In this document: piece after piece, positions 10,608-21,714 of the stretch
Layout: each line of letters opens with the position of its first letter
Position numbering within the stretch: the first letter of the stretch is position 1
From: Dysgonamonadaceae bacterium
Lineage (GTDB): Bacteria > Bacteroidota > Bacteroidia > Bacteroidales > Dysgonomonadaceae
Direction: 5' to 3'
Length of the DNA stretch: 64,000 nt
NCBI GenBank assembly: GCA_028708095.1
Contig: JAQVZQ010000001.1
Coordinates: 1,272-65,271 of the forward strand
The notes under the pieces: generated by a model
What the model saw: the letters and a program-made list of their open reading frames with translations, nothing else
Told to the model about the DNA's origin: nothing
The model's database searches: none
Translations under genes and position numbers: made by a program

Positions 10608-11498
10608 TTACTTATGTTTTTTTCCCAAAACATATTCATTAAACAATATCCCTCCTATAATAAGCAATAATCCAATAATTGTTGTGAGATAAATTGATTC
10701 ACCCAACACTGACTGAATAATGAACAATGAAATAAATGGCGAAAGATAACACAATTGATTAATTAGAGCAGGATTATCAGTCTTCTTGAGTGCAAGACCG
10801 AAAAATATGAATGGTATAGCCATTTCAAAGAGTCCTACATACAGCGAAGATAATGCACCTTTCAATGATTGCAACTGAACATCTACAAACAAAGAACCCA
10901 TAATAAGATATATTGAACCAAAAAAGAAACTAACAAATAGTGATAACACATTATCTATGTGCTCACTTTTTTTATTGAGTATCCAAAACGATGCCCATAC
11001 AAAAGCACTTATAAAAGCTAAGAATAAACCTGTTATTGAAAGTTGCACGCCAGATAAAGATTCTGATCCTAAAGAAATAAGGGCTACTCCACCCAACGAT
11101 ATGGCCATTCCCAGAAACTTGAGAGCTGGTATGCGTTGTTTCATAAATACTGCTAAAAGAAGTGTTAATACAATTGCCCATGAATAATTGATTGATTGAG
11201 CAATTTGTGCAGGCAGTAGCTCATAAGCTTTAAAAAGAATTAAGTAATATCCAGCAGGACTCAATAAACCTGTAATTGCAAACAGTCCCCACTCTTTGTG
11301 CGTGATACTTCTTATTAAACCCCATTTCTTTTGAAAACTAATTAACAAACCAAAGATTAAAAGTGCAGAAATTGCTGACACCAACAATAATTCATAATGT
11401 GAATAGTGTCGCAACCCTATTTTAAAAGCTGTTGCCACAGTAGACCAACTGACAACAGCTATTAATACATAAATAAATGATTTTGAAGTGTCTTTCAT
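10608..11498 (-). CDS. DMT-superfamily (EamA) transporter
   Basis: 296 aa with about 10 TM segments in two EamA-like halves. Confidence 0.8.
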   Translation of the reverse strand: MKDTSKSFIYVLIAVVSWSTVATAFKIGLRHYSHYELLLVSAISALLIFGLLISFQKKWGLIRSITHKEWGLFAITGLLSPAGYYLILFKAYELLPAQIAQSINYSWAIVLTLLLAVFMKQRIPALKFLGMAISLGGVALISLGSESLSGVQLSITGLFLAFISAFVWASFWILNKKSEHIDNVLSLFVSFFFGSIYLIMGSLFVDVQLQSLKGALSSLYVGLFEMAIPFIFFGLALKKTDNPALINQLCYLSPFISLFIIQSVLGESIYLTTIIGLLLIIGGILFNEYVLGKKHK

Positions 11499-11579
11499 AT
11501 ATTTGGGACAATGCTAAATTTTATGTGTAGATTATTGCACTTTTGAAATCAAAATAAACTTTCAATGTTAAAGACTCAG

Positions 11580-12269
11580 TCACTTCCTCTCAAAATGATG
11601 ATCATCCCAATACTTAGTAAAAGTATGTCCCCAACGAAAGCCACGTTTACGGAACTCTTTGACAACCAAATGTTCAGGATGCAAAGTTCCATTAACTGTT
11701 GTGTCTAAAACTGCGCCAATTGGTTCATTTGGCAAGTCTTTTGTTTTCCAACGTAGTGGATTGAAACGGGGATTGATGTCTATTGCTAATCCTTTAGCGT
11801 GATTTGAGTAGGTGATGTTGCGATAACAAAAGCTGTAAGTGTTGTTGTTTGCCATTGAGAGACTATCACTCCAATTGTAAGCTACAATTGGAATAGCTCT
11901 CTCAATTACGAAATTTTGTTCTAACATGAACTGAAAAATCTCTTTGATATCCTGTGCCAGTCTTTTGTTGGTTAAGATTTGTCCTTGGTGTAGTTTATTA
12001 TCTGTTGATAGATAGGTAACATTTATCAAGTGTAATTCATCAATCACTTTTTGTGGAGCATTTGAACCCTCAATTGCTTCATCGAAAGTGTAACGACTAT
12101 CTATTATAGTGGTGTCTGGTTCTTCGAGAATCTCTTTTTCTATATTATTTTCTTCAATAACCATATCCTCCTCTTTACTTTGCTTTGGGTGGCAAGCATA
12201 AGAAAGTGCAAGAGTAAACAGGCTTAGTAAAAAATAACGCATAGACTTTAAAATTTTCGACAACTGCAA
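11580..12269 (-). CDS. M15-family (VanY-like) D-Ala-D-Ala peptidase
   Basis: SxHxxGxAxD motif (SNHAKGLAID) and a distal HHFE. Confidence 0.75.
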   Translation of the reverse strand: MQLSKILKSMRYFLLSLFTLALSYACHPKQSKEEDMVIEENNIEKEILEEPDTTIIDSRYTFDEAIEGSNAPQKVIDELHLINVTYLSTDNKLHQGQILTNKRLAQDIKEIFQFMLEQNFVIERAIPIVAYNWSDSLSMANNNTYSFCYRNITYSNHAKGLAIDINPRFNPLRWKTKDLPNEPIGAVLDTTVNGTLHPEHLVVKEFRKRGFRWGHTFTKYWDDHHFERK

Positions 12270-12302
12270 TATAATGTTTTCGACATAATAAAACAGGTCA
12301 TC

Positions 12303-12956
12303 TTATTTTTTATTCTTCTTCAATTTAGGAGCATAGTCTATCAAGTTGCCAGCTCCTCCAGAAATTTCCCAAAGATAAAGTGAAGCAACTGAGGCATAAG
12401 GAGAATACCTGCGTTTATACTTTTGGAATAATTTTTTGTCTATTTTACGATGGTGATAAAGCATTCTTAATCCGCGCTGGATAGCAAGATCGCCCCAACT
12501 CATAATATTAGGTCGCTGCATACAAAATATCATAATCATTTCAGCAGTCCAAACTCCTACTCCGTGTAACGCAGAGAGTTTTTCAATCACTTCTTCCTCA
12601 GACAAAGTATAGAGTTCATCAATATCTAACTCTCCTGATAAAACCTTCGAGGCAGCTTCTTTAATATAGTTTGCCTTTCGCATCGACATTCCGCATTGTT
12701 GTATTTCATCTAAAGAAGTATTATACAGTGCTTTAGGTGTTATTTGAGGAAAACGTTTCTCGAAACGTCCCCAAACAGTATCCATTGCCTTTGACGATAT
12801 TTGTTGTCCAACAATTGAATTAACCAAAGCTGTAAACAAGTCGGAAATAACTACTCGCTCAATTGGCCCAACCTGATCAATAATTGCACCAAGTGTTGGA
12901 TCGACTTTCTTTAGGTATTCGATTTCCTTTTCTCCATATATAAAAATCTTTGGCAT
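12303..12956 (-). CDS. DNA-3-methyladenine glycosylase II family (AlkA-like, HhH-GPD)
   Basis: HhH motif LHGVGVWTAEM followed by WGDLAIQRG. The ATG at 12956 is preferred over the TTG at 12986. Confidence 0.8.
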   Translation of the reverse strand: MPKIFIYGEKEIEYLKKVDPTLGAIIDQVGPIERVVISDLFTALVNSIVGQQISSKAMDTVWGRFEKRFPQITPKALYNTSLDEIQQCGMSMRKANYIKEAASKVLSGELDIDELYTLSEEEVIEKLSALHGVGVWTAEMIMIFCMQRPNIMSWGDLAIQRGLRMLYHHRKIDKKLFQKYKRRYSPYASVASLYLWEISGGAGNLIDYAPKLKKNKK

Positions 12957-13188
12957 TCTCTTCTTGCGATTTAATGTGATACACAAATATACAGTTTAAA
13001 GGTAATACTTTCAATCAATAAATTAGAAGTTCGAATATATAATATTATATCTGAACAAGAATGAGTTTATTTTAAGTTAATTTACTACATTTGCTTTTCA
13101 TTGATTTACAGCCAAGTATTCGTTACTATTTAACCAATAAATACGTGTTGGCACAATCTTCATATTTTCCATGAAGCTCTTTTAATAA

Positions 13189-15240
13189 ATGATTTGTTTT
13201 AAACCTTTAGAAATAATCATTGCACTTTGTTTAATAGTTGCTCCTAATATAGTAGCACAAACAAACAACTGGCATTCACATCTTGAGCAACTTGCTGAAG
13301 AAGGAGGAGAGGAAATGTCCATCCAGACTATGTTTGAAGAGCTTAGCTTTTTGGAGCAAAACCCGATGAATCTCAACTCGGTAACACGCAATGAATTAGA
13401 ATTATTTCCTCTTATCTCGCATAACCAAGCAAATGCCCTTGCTGACTTTCTTGAAAAAAATAGACCTATTTATACAGTTTTTGAACTGCGAAATGTATAT
13501 ATTCTTGATTATGCGACTGTAAAGCTAATATTGCCTTTCTTTTATGTGGGTGAAGTAATTAAAAGAAAATCCTTTAACTTTGATGACTTCATCAAATACT
13601 CACGTCACAATTTGCAAATACGTTTTGATAAAACGCTGAATAAACGTGCTGGTTATGGAGACTTTTCTGATTCAATCTTATCTAAATATCCCAATAGGAA
13701 ATATATGGGAGAAGACTTTTATCACTCATTAAAGTATTCAGTCTCATTTAGAGATAAATTTCAAGCAGGTGTTTTAGGTGAAAAAGATGCAGGAGAGCCA
13801 TTTTGGCTACCCGACTATAAAAAAGGATACGACCATTATGGATTTCATATGATAGTGCGTGATGTGGGTAAACTAAGAACCTTGGCATTGGGTGATTACC
13901 GATTATCATTTGGTCAGGGATTGGTGCTGAATAATGATTTCATGTTGGGTAAAGGTTTTTTCACAAACAATCTGGTCAGACAAACCAGCTTGCCCAAACG
14001 GCATTTCTCCACGGCTGAGAGTGGTTTCTTTAGAGGTGGTGCAGCAGTTATGAGAATACAGAATATCGACATTACTTTGTTTTATTCTAATAAACTTATT
14101 GATGCCAATGTTTCAACCAATGAAGAGATTACCTCATTAAAAACAGATGGCTATCATCGTGTACCACTCGATACAACAAAACGGAATAATACACGCGAAC
14201 AAGTGATGGGTGCAAATGTGAATTACCGCATCAATACGTTTCAGATTGGAGTGAGTGCTTTGCATCATGCTTTCAATAGAATGTACAATCCTAAGCTACG
14301 TTATTACAATGCTGATTATTGGCGTGGTAGGGAAAGTGTCAATTTAGGGGTTGATTACTCTTATCGTTTTTCAAAGTTCAATATAGCGGGTGAAACTGCA
14401 CGTTCACAAAATGGAACATTTGCTCACATTCACACGTTAGAATACCATCCCTCATCGTTGGCTTCTTTCACTTTGCTCTACCGAAACTATCCCTCTACTT
14501 ATCAAGCAATGTACGCTAAAGCATTTGCTGATGGAAGCAGTGTTCAAAATGAGAAAGGTGTTTATTTAGGAACTACTTTTCATCCACTGCCCAAGGTTAC
14601 TGTCTCTATATTTGGAGATGCTGTAAAATTTCCAAAGCCAAAATATAACATCCAAGAACCATCTTATGCACTCGATTTCTATACTTTAGCGAGTTACAAC
14701 TTTGCGTGGGAGAACTTTTTTGAAGTTCGTTATAAATTTAAGCGTAAACATAAAAACACGAAGTATCCCGATGATGAAACGACTATTGTCCTACCCTATC
14801 AAACCCATAAGATAAGGTTGCGATATCTCAACACTTTAAGAAGTGGATGGTATTTCAGAACAACCGTCGATTTCGCAAACTATCAGTTACTATATTTTCC
14901 ACATGAATATGGTTACATGATATCGCAAAACTTTGGACACCGTGGGAATAAGAATATACAAGGAGATGGTTTCTTTGGTTATTTCAAATCAGACAGTTAC
15001 AATGCACGCCTTTACTCTTACGAGCGCAATATATTAAGCACTTTTTATATGCCTTCTTTCTATGGTGAAGGATTTCGCGCTGCTTTGTCAGTCCGTTGGA
15101 ATATTCGTAAAAATCTATCGTTTTCGGTAAAAGCTTCTCAAACACGTTATTTCAATCGTGATGAAATTAGTTCAGGTACCGAACTGATAAAAGGTAACAA
15201 GAGATCCGATATTTTTACCTATGTTGTAGTGAAGTTTTAG
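13189..15240 (+). CDS. Helix-hairpin-helix domain protein with a large beta-rich C-terminal region
   Basis: Signal peptide, ComEA-like HhH segments near the N-terminus, and a C-terminus ending in F as in outer-membrane barrels. Confidence 0.6.
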   Translation: MICFKPLEIIIALCLIVAPNIVAQTNNWHSHLEQLAEEGGEEMSIQTMFEELSFLEQNPMNLNSVTRNELELFPLISHNQANALADFLEKNRPIYTVFELRNVYILDYATVKLILPFFYVGEVIKRKSFNFDDFIKYSRHNLQIRFDKTLNKRAGYGDFSDSILSKYPNRKYMGEDFYHSLKYSVSFRDKFQAGVLGEKDAGEPFWLPDYKKGYDHYGFHMIVRDVGKLRTLALGDYRLSFGQGLVLNNDFMLGKGFFTNNLVRQTSLPKRHFSTAESGFFRGGAAVMRIQNIDITLFYSNKLIDANVSTNEEITSLKTDGYHRVPLDTTKRNNTREQVMGANVNYRINTFQIGVSALHHAFNRMYNPKLRYYNADYWRGRESVNLGVDYSYRFSKFNIAGETARSQNGTFAHIHTLEYHPSSLASFTLLYRNYPSTYQAMYAKAFADGSSVQNEKGVYLGTTFHPLPKVTVSIFGDAVKFPKPKYNIQEPSYALDFYTLASYNFAWENFFEVRYKFKRKHKNTKYPDDETTIVLPYQTHKIRLRYLNTLRSGWYFRTTVDFANYQLLYFPHEYGYMISQNFGHRGNKNIQGDGFFGYFKSDSYNARLYSYERNILSTFYMPSFYGEGFRAALSVRWNIRKNLSFSVKASQTRYFNRDEISSGTELIKGNKRSDIFTYVVVKF

Positions 15241-15286
15241 TAAGCGACTATATTTTTGACTATTTTTGCACTAAATAATCACATTA

Positions 15287-17164
15287 ATGGCAAATCCTCT
15301 ATTACAAATTGATACGCTAACCAAATCATTTGGCGACAAGTTGCTCTTCGAAGATATTTCTTTCGGCATAGCACAAGGTGACCGAGTTGGATTGATAGCA
15401 CGAAACGGAACTGGCAAAACAACGCTATTGAATATTATTGCGGGAAAAGAATCCTACGATTCAGGCAGGGTTATTTTTAGAAACGATATTCGCTTTGATT
15501 ATCTTCCACAAAATCCGGAGTTTGCTCCAGAACAAACTGTATTAGAGGCATGCTTCTCGTCACAAAGTGAAGTTGTGCAACTCATAGCTCGTTACGAAGA
15601 TATTATATCATCTGGCAATCATGAGCATCTTGATGAAGTGCTATCGCAAATGGATTTGATGCAAGCATGGGATTACGAACAAAAAATAACACAGATATTA
15701 AATCGTTTGAATATTACCAGATTGGATCAAAAAGTTGAAGAGCTTTCAGGAGGTCAAGTAAAACGTATTGCTTTGGCAAACGTGCTTATCTCAGAACCTG
15801 ATATTATCTTGCTTGACGAGCCCACCAACCATTTAGATCTTGAAATGGTGGAGTGGCTTGAAGGTTACTTGGACAGATCGAATGCAACAATTTTGATGGT
15901 GACTCACGATCGTTACTTTTTGGATAGGGTATGTTCACAAATTATCGAAATTGATGAAAGACAGCTCTATCAATACAAAGGAAATTATTCATACTTCTTG
16001 GAAAAACAAGAAGAACGTATCCAAACTCAGGGTGCCGAGCTGGATAAAGCCAAAAATCTTTTTCGCAAAGAGCTGGAATGGATGAGAAAACAACCCAGAG
16101 CACGTGGTACTAAAGCTAAGTCGCGTATCGACGGTTTTTATTCTTTAGAAGAGAAAACAAAACAAACCCGACAAGATGAAAACATCCAATTAGCAGCCAA
16201 AGGTTCATACATTGGCAAAAAGATATTTGAAGCCAAAAATGTGTCCAAACGTTTTGACGATATAAAGATTACTGAGGATTTCAATTACATCTTTACCCGC
16301 TATGAAAAAATGGGTGTTGTAGGTAAGAATGGTACAGGAAAGTCAACATTTATCAAAATGTTATTAGGTGAAGTTGAACCCGATAGTGGATACTTTGATG
16401 TAGGCGAAACGGTTAGTTTTGGATATTACAGTCAGGATGGCTTGCAGTTCAACGATCAAATGAAAGTGATTGATGTAGTGCAAAACATTGCTGAAGTAAT
16501 TGATTTAGGCAATGGAAGGCTCATGACTGCTTCGCAATTTTTACAACACTTCTTATTTGCTCCCGAAAAACAGCATGACTTTGTAGCAAAGTTAAGTGGA
16601 GGAGAAAAGAGACGATTGTATCTCTGTACAGTTCTAATCAAGAACCCTAACTTTTTGGTGTTAGATGAACCTACAAATGATTTGGATATTGTTACGTTAA
16701 GTATTCTCGAAGAGTATCTAGCCAACTTCAAGGGCTGTGTTATTGTGATTTCTCACGATAGATACTTTATGGATAAAGTAGTTGACCATCTATTGGTTTT
16801 TGAAGGAGACGCAGTCATTAAGAATTTTCCTGGAAACTATACACAATATCGTGAGTGGAAACAGCTGGAGGAGAAGAAAGTGACTGAAGCAGAGAAAGTT
16901 GTAAAAGAAGAGACTAAAACTCAAACACCCACAAAAGAAGAAGTCAAAACTAAACTCACCTATAAAGAAAAAATTGAGTTCGATGGTCTTGAGCAAAAAA
17001 TAGCTGACTTGGAAAAAGAGAAAGATGACATTACTGAAAAACTATCCTCTGGAAAGCTTTCTTCTGAAGAACTTGTTGATAGCTCAAATAGAATTACGGC
17101 TTTGATGGAGCTGATAGATGAAAAAACTATGCGCTGGTTAGAGTTGAGCGAGTATGCTGAGTAG
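15287..17164 (+). CDS. ABC-F family ATPase (Uup/YbiT-like)
   Basis: Two ABC cassettes (GRNGTGKTT/LSGGQ and GKNGTGKST/LSGGE), no TM domain, and a charged C-terminal coiled coil. Confidence 0.9.
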   Translation: MANPLLQIDTLTKSFGDKLLFEDISFGIAQGDRVGLIARNGTGKTTLLNIIAGKESYDSGRVIFRNDIRFDYLPQNPEFAPEQTVLEACFSSQSEVVQLIARYEDIISSGNHEHLDEVLSQMDLMQAWDYEQKITQILNRLNITRLDQKVEELSGGQVKRIALANVLISEPDIILLDEPTNHLDLEMVEWLEGYLDRSNATILMVTHDRYFLDRVCSQIIEIDERQLYQYKGNYSYFLEKQEERIQTQGAELDKAKNLFRKELEWMRKQPRARGTKAKSRIDGFYSLEEKTKQTRQDENIQLAAKGSYIGKKIFEAKNVSKRFDDIKITEDFNYIFTRYEKMGVVGKNGTGKSTFIKMLLGEVEPDSGYFDVGETVSFGYYSQDGLQFNDQMKVIDVVQNIAEVIDLGNGRLMTASQFLQHFLFAPEKQHDFVAKLSGGEKRRLYLCTVLIKNPNFLVLDEPTNDLDIVTLSILEEYLANFKGCVIVISHDRYFMDKVVDHLLVFEGDAVIKNFPGNYTQYREWKQLEEKKVTEAEKVVKEETKTQTPTKEEVKTKLTYKEKIEFDGLEQKIADLEKEKDDITEKLSSGKLSSEELVDSSNRITALMELIDEKTMRWLELSEYAE

Positions 17165-17180
17165 CCGCTCAACACACACC

Positions 17181-20100
17181 TTAATTTACCATATCAATCA
17201 AGCTACCCTTTTCTAAATCATTCTTAATATAAAGCGATTTTGGTATACGTTCTTGCAATTCTTCTACGTGAGATATGATGCCCACAATGCGATTCTCTTT
17301 TTGTAAATTACTCAATGTTTCAAAAACGATATTGACAGACTCCGCATCTTGCGTTCCAAAACCCTCATCGATGAAGAAGAAGTTCTTTTCTGAATTTGTC
17401 AAGCTCTGTACATTCTCTGCTAATGCAAGCGCCAACGAAAGCGAGACTTGGAAGCTTTGTCCGCCCGACAAGGTTTTAACAGATCGTGTGCGACCATTGT
17501 TAAGGTAATCTACAATTTCGAAATCGTTTTTATCACTTATTTGCAAACTCAATTGATTCTTGGTAAGTCTGTGAAACCGTTTATTGGCGATCTCGCACAA
17601 GTTGCGGAGATAGATACTCGACACGTAGTTTACAAAACCACTTGCCTTGAAGAGTTGCGTGAGTGTTGATATATTTGCTTTGCGCGCCTCCAGTTTTTCT
17701 TTCTCAATCAATAGTGATTTCTTCTCTTTATGTTCTTTTTTGATGCGTTCAAGATCATGCTTCAATGTAGCCAATGTTTCCCTTAGTTTATTCACTACAT
17801 GCTCACTATTCAAAAACTCTTGTTTCTTCTCTTCAAACTCTTCAGTTGAAAATGATGTGCCTTCTAATCTCTTTTCCAGCTCTTCAATGGATTGCTTCAA
17901 CTTTGCATAATTAATTTTAAACTGCTCAATAAGTTCTCTTTCTGCTTCTACATCTCTTTTGTTGACGAGGAGTTTTTCAATTTCCTCAATCGAATCAAAA
18001 GAAGTCGCTGCAAGTTGAGCATCTATTTGAATATTATTTTCCTTGTGCTCTATAGTTAACTGAGCTATGTTTTTCTCAATTGCCTCTATGGTTGCTCTTT
18101 GAGCTGATATGGTTTGCAACAATTCATTCTTTTGTTTTTCCAGTTGTGTTTGCTCATCTTGTTTTGTTTTAATGAGCAGCTTAAGCTCTGCAACAGCCTG
18201 ATTGATAGCCTCTATTGTTTTATTTTCAAAATCTACAAGTTGAAGATGCTTAATTCTTTTACTATCTGCTGCTATCAATGTCTCTTTCTCACTGTTCTCA
18301 CTCTCTATTTTTGACAGTAATTCTTTAGCCTCCGTAAGTTTGTTACCTCTGTTTTCCAATTGAGTACGATTGGCTTTTTGCTTCTTTTCCAACTCTTCTC
18401 TATCAATAACTAAATTGTCATTATCTTTCTTCTCTGTTTTGAATGCAGCTTCATCAGTTGGTGAAAAGTTCTCCCACACAAAGAGTGAAAGGTGTTGCTC
18501 CTCCTCTTTTAGTAGACTCTTTAATTCGACTTTTCCATCCTGATAGTTTTTATCGAGGCTGTTTTTAGACTCGTGCAATCGTACAAGCTCCCGATTTGTT
18601 TTGGATAGTAACTCTGCTTGTTGTTCCAACTTTTTCAAGCTTCTTTGATTGTCAAGCATCTCTGCGCTCACATCTTCTGTCTCTATAATGCGAGGATGCT
18701 CCAAAGATCCACAAAGCGGACATGCCAACCCATCATGAATTTCATTTGCAAAATGTGCTATCTCTTGTTTCACTTCCAGTTGGGTCTTCTTCTTGTTAGC
18801 TTGTGAAAGTTGTTTATTCAATACTTCTCTTTGTTGCTCGATAATCTCTTTCCAATTATCCTGAGAATATTCCATCGCTTGAAATTCTGCTTCAACGGCT
18901 TTAATTTGTTCGTCAAGATTAGTCAACTTAGTCTGTCTTTCTCTTACTTGTTTTGAAAGTGTGTTATGCGTAGTAAACCAAACTTCTACAGATGTAAGCG
19001 TTTTGGCATCTATTAGCTTACTCTTAATAGCTTCAATCTTGCTATCTGTTTCGACAATTGCTCCTTTAAATGAATCAACTTCCTTTGATAGCTTTTCTAC
19101 TACAGCTCGACCTTTAATTGTCCGTTCTTCTCCTTCTTTAATTGCAGCTTTATATGTGTTTATCTGACTGATTAACACTAAGTCTGACACTTCTTCTTTC
19201 TTGGTGTCAATAGTATCAATAAAAGATTTGAGTTCGATTAACTTTTCAGAAACTTTGTTTGACTTTTCCTGATTAGCTGCCAGATCTTTTGTTTTGTTAC
19301 TGAGGTTGTTGTTATCATTTGTTATCTTTTGACTGAGTTGTTGTTTCAATCTCAATATTTCATCAAACTGTTGATGGGTATTTACATATAGCCTAAGCGA
19401 TTTTTCGTTTTCTTCAATCTGTTTTCTGTTTGCTTCTTCCGCAGTAAGTTTAACATTTTGCTTTTGCAAGTTGCTAAAGTCCAAGCTCAATTGTTTCAAC
19501 TTATCAAAAGCTTCACTTAACTTTGTGTGTTGGCCTTGTTGCTTATCAAAATTACTTTTCTGATCTGTGTAGATAGCCTCTTTTTCAGTTATGGTCTCTT
19601 CGGTTACCTCTTCGTAGCCCGAAATCAGTCCAAGCAATGTGTTAAGCTTCTCTTCATTAGCAGTGTGTAATGTTCTCACATTGCCATATAGTTCATATTG
19701 ATGCAGATTAAATATTTCTTTCATCATCAAGGTGCGATCTTTTCCACCCAGCTCGATAAACTCTTTAAATTTGCCTTGAGGTATTATGATGGTGCGTTTA
19801 AAGTTTTCAGCACTTAACCCAATAATCATTTCTGCATTAGAATGATTCAAAGGTAACCAGTCACCGTCTTTCCATTCATAGAATATAGTGCCTTCATTTG
19901 ATATTTTCTCGAAGTTCTTGTTGTTTCTTTTGTGTTCTCTAACAACGCGGTACTTCTTGTCTTCATAGTTCAAAAAATCGAACTCTATGTACATTCTATC
20001 CGATTTCAGATTCATCATATTATAGGCTCTGTTAACTGAACCCATTCTGTCAGACTCGCCATATAGTGCAAATGAAATAGCTTCTAATATGGTGGATTTG

Positions 20101-20219
20101 CCCGATGCTACTGCTCCAAAAATTCCAAATAATCCTGCATCGGTAAGTGCTGTAAAGTCAATAGTCTGTCTTTTCTGATAGGAGTAAATTCCTTCTAAGC
20201 TTAACTGTACTGGTATCAT
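17181..20219 (-). CDS. sbcC: Exonuclease SbcC (SMC-like ATPase)
   Basis: Walker A GAVASGKST, long coiled coil with a CPLCGS zinc hook, LSGGQSFQ signature, Walker B FFFIDEGFG. It overlaps sbcD by 4 nt. Confidence 0.9.
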   Translation of the reverse strand: MIPVQLSLEGIYSYQKRQTIDFTALTDAGLFGIFGAVASGKSTILEAISFALYGESDRMGSVNRAYNMMNLKSDRMYIEFDFLNYEDKKYRVVREHKRNNKNFEKISNEGTIFYEWKDGDWLPLNHSNAEMIIGLSAENFKRTIIIPQGKFKEFIELGGKDRTLMMKEIFNLHQYELYGNVRTLHTANEEKLNTLLGLISGYEEVTEETITEKEAIYTDQKSNFDKQQGQHTKLSEAFDKLKQLSLDFSNLQKQNVKLTAEEANRKQIEENEKSLRLYVNTHQQFDEILRLKQQLSQKITNDNNNLSNKTKDLAANQEKSNKVSEKLIELKSFIDTIDTKKEEVSDLVLISQINTYKAAIKEGEERTIKGRAVVEKLSKEVDSFKGAIVETDSKIEAIKSKLIDAKTLTSVEVWFTTHNTLSKQVRERQTKLTNLDEQIKAVEAEFQAMEYSQDNWKEIIEQQREVLNKQLSQANKKKTQLEVKQEIAHFANEIHDGLACPLCGSLEHPRIIETEDVSAEMLDNQRSLKKLEQQAELLSKTNRELVRLHESKNSLDKNYQDGKVELKSLLKEEEQHLSLFVWENFSPTDEAAFKTEKKDNDNLVIDREELEKKQKANRTQLENRGNKLTEAKELLSKIESENSEKETLIAADSKRIKHLQLVDFENKTIEAINQAVAELKLLIKTKQDEQTQLEKQKNELLQTISAQRATIEAIEKNIAQLTIEHKENNIQIDAQLAATSFDSIEEIEKLLVNKRDVEAERELIEQFKINYAKLKQSIEELEKRLEGTSFSTEEFEEKKQEFLNSEHVVNKLRETLATLKHDLERIKKEHKEKKSLLIEKEKLEARKANISTLTQLFKASGFVNYVSSIYLRNLCEIANKRFHRLTKNQLSLQISDKNDFEIVDYLNNGRTRSVKTLSGGQSFQVSLSLALALAENVQSLTNSEKNFFFIDEGFGTQDAESVNIVFETLSNLQKENRIVGIISHVEELQERIPKSLYIKNDLEKGSLIDMVN

Positions 20220-21427
20220 GATGTGTGGTTGATAACTTCTTTAAATAAATCGATAATTTCTTGATTCGGTGCTTGTCCTTTCACCGATTTAAAATAATCA
20301 TTGAAAAGAGCAGAAATATCTTGGTTTAAATTCACTTGTTTTGTTGATGAGCTTAAAATATAGTCATTGCTCACAATGGGTATAATATGCACAATTTCGT
20401 GATGTGCATTACGAAGGCGTTTCAGATCTTCTGATTTTAAGAAGTCATCACTCTCAATGGTTAGTTCCACCAAAGTGTATTGATTATCATTCAGCCATTG
20501 GACAGCCAAATCGATATCATCAAACCTTTTACATACCAATTGCTTACCCGATTTCAATGGAATTCGATCCATTTGAATATCTTTACCAGGTTTAGCCTCA
20601 ATAATATTTACATACTTCTGTTGTCCGGCTTCAGAAAATGAGTATGACAATGGGCTTCCCGCATATATGACGGGTTTTTTTTCTGTTCCCACATTTTGAT
20701 AACGATGCAAATGTCCCAATGCAGTATATTGAATTTGAGCGGGAATAGCATCTGAATAAACAAGATCAGCATTTCCAATCTTCAAAGGTTTCTCGCCATC
20801 GGGTTCTTCCAATATTTCTCCTCCACGTTTCAACATATACAGATGGGTGACCAAAAGATTAACTCCATTTTTATCGCAATACTCTTCAGCCAATTTGTTC
20901 CAAGTAGTTTTCAGTGAATTTTGTAATGCCACATCTTTTTCTTCTCCGAAGAACTGCTTCATTCTAATCTCATTCGCATAAGGTGTTGCTATAATTCTCA
21001 ATGGATAGGAGTGCTGTGGCAATTTAAATTCAATAAATCCTTCGTCTGTTTTTGTTACCTCAAAACCATCTTCCAAAGCTAAGGTTTGAATCCTGGTATT
21101 GGGAAGTCCCATAAATAATATACCACATTCACGTGCTAATGGGTCGGGCGAGTCTATTCTGTCGGGTGAGTCATGATTTCCACCGATAGCAATAACGGGT
21201 CGTTTGCCATTATTGGTCAATCGCTTCAATGTTTTGTACAACAATTCTATTGCTTCAACAGGAGGATTAAAGGCATCAAACAAGTCACCTGCAACTATAA
21301 CCGCATCAACCGACTCTTCTTCGGCTATTTCACAAATTTCATTTAAAACGAGTTTTTGTTCTTCCAACCGATAAAAACTATCCAATCGTTTTCCCAAATG
21401 CCAGTCGGCAGTGTGTAGTATTTTCAT
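20216..21427 (-). CDS. sbcD: Exonuclease SbcD (Mre11-like phosphoesterase)
   Basis: MKILHTADWHLG, GDLFD, GNHD, GHLH motifs. The ATG at 21427 is preferred. Confidence 0.9.
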   Translation of the reverse strand: MKILHTADWHLGKRLDSFYRLEEQKLVLNEICEIAEEESVDAVIVAGDLFDAFNPPVEAIELLYKTLKRLTNNGKRPVIAIGGNHDSPDRIDSPDPLARECGILFMGLPNTRIQTLALEDGFEVTKTDEGFIEFKLPQHSYPLRIIATPYANEIRMKQFFGEEKDVALQNSLKTTWNKLAEEYCDKNGVNLLVTHLYMLKRGGEILEEPDGEKPLKIGNADLVYSDAIPAQIQYTALGHLHRYQNVGTEKKPVIYAGSPLSYSFSEAGQQKYVNIIEAKPGKDIQMDRIPLKSGKQLVCKRFDDIDLAVQWLNDNQYTLVELTIESDDFLKSEDLKRLRNAHHEIVHIIPIVSNDYILSSSTKQVNLNQDISALFNDYFKSVKGQAPNQEIIDLFKEVINHTS

Positions 21428-21714
21428 TTCAATAATATTTAGACTTTCAATGAAGCAGTTACTGCTCATTTATACAAAAATAAGATTATTTTTTAGTCTT
21501 CTCACAACCATATCATTTATATTTTACGAAATGAAAAAGAGAATAAAGCAATATTATTTTGAAAAATTTAAAGATATCTACATTTAACGTTGTCATGTTA
21601 TTATTATTTTTATCTTTGAGGTATTAATACAATTTTCACAAATGTAAGGTGATAAAAAATTACTCTCGCTTGAATAATAATTTTTTTACTCATCTCTATA
21701 ATTCTAATTTAGTA

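Noticed and set aside
17181-21427. SbcC/SbcD as a phage-defence SMC-type system (Lamassu/Wadjet-like)
   Set aside because: This is the canonical two-gene sbcDC arrangement with a zinc hook and Mre11 motifs. No extra partner genes are present and the context is housekeeping.
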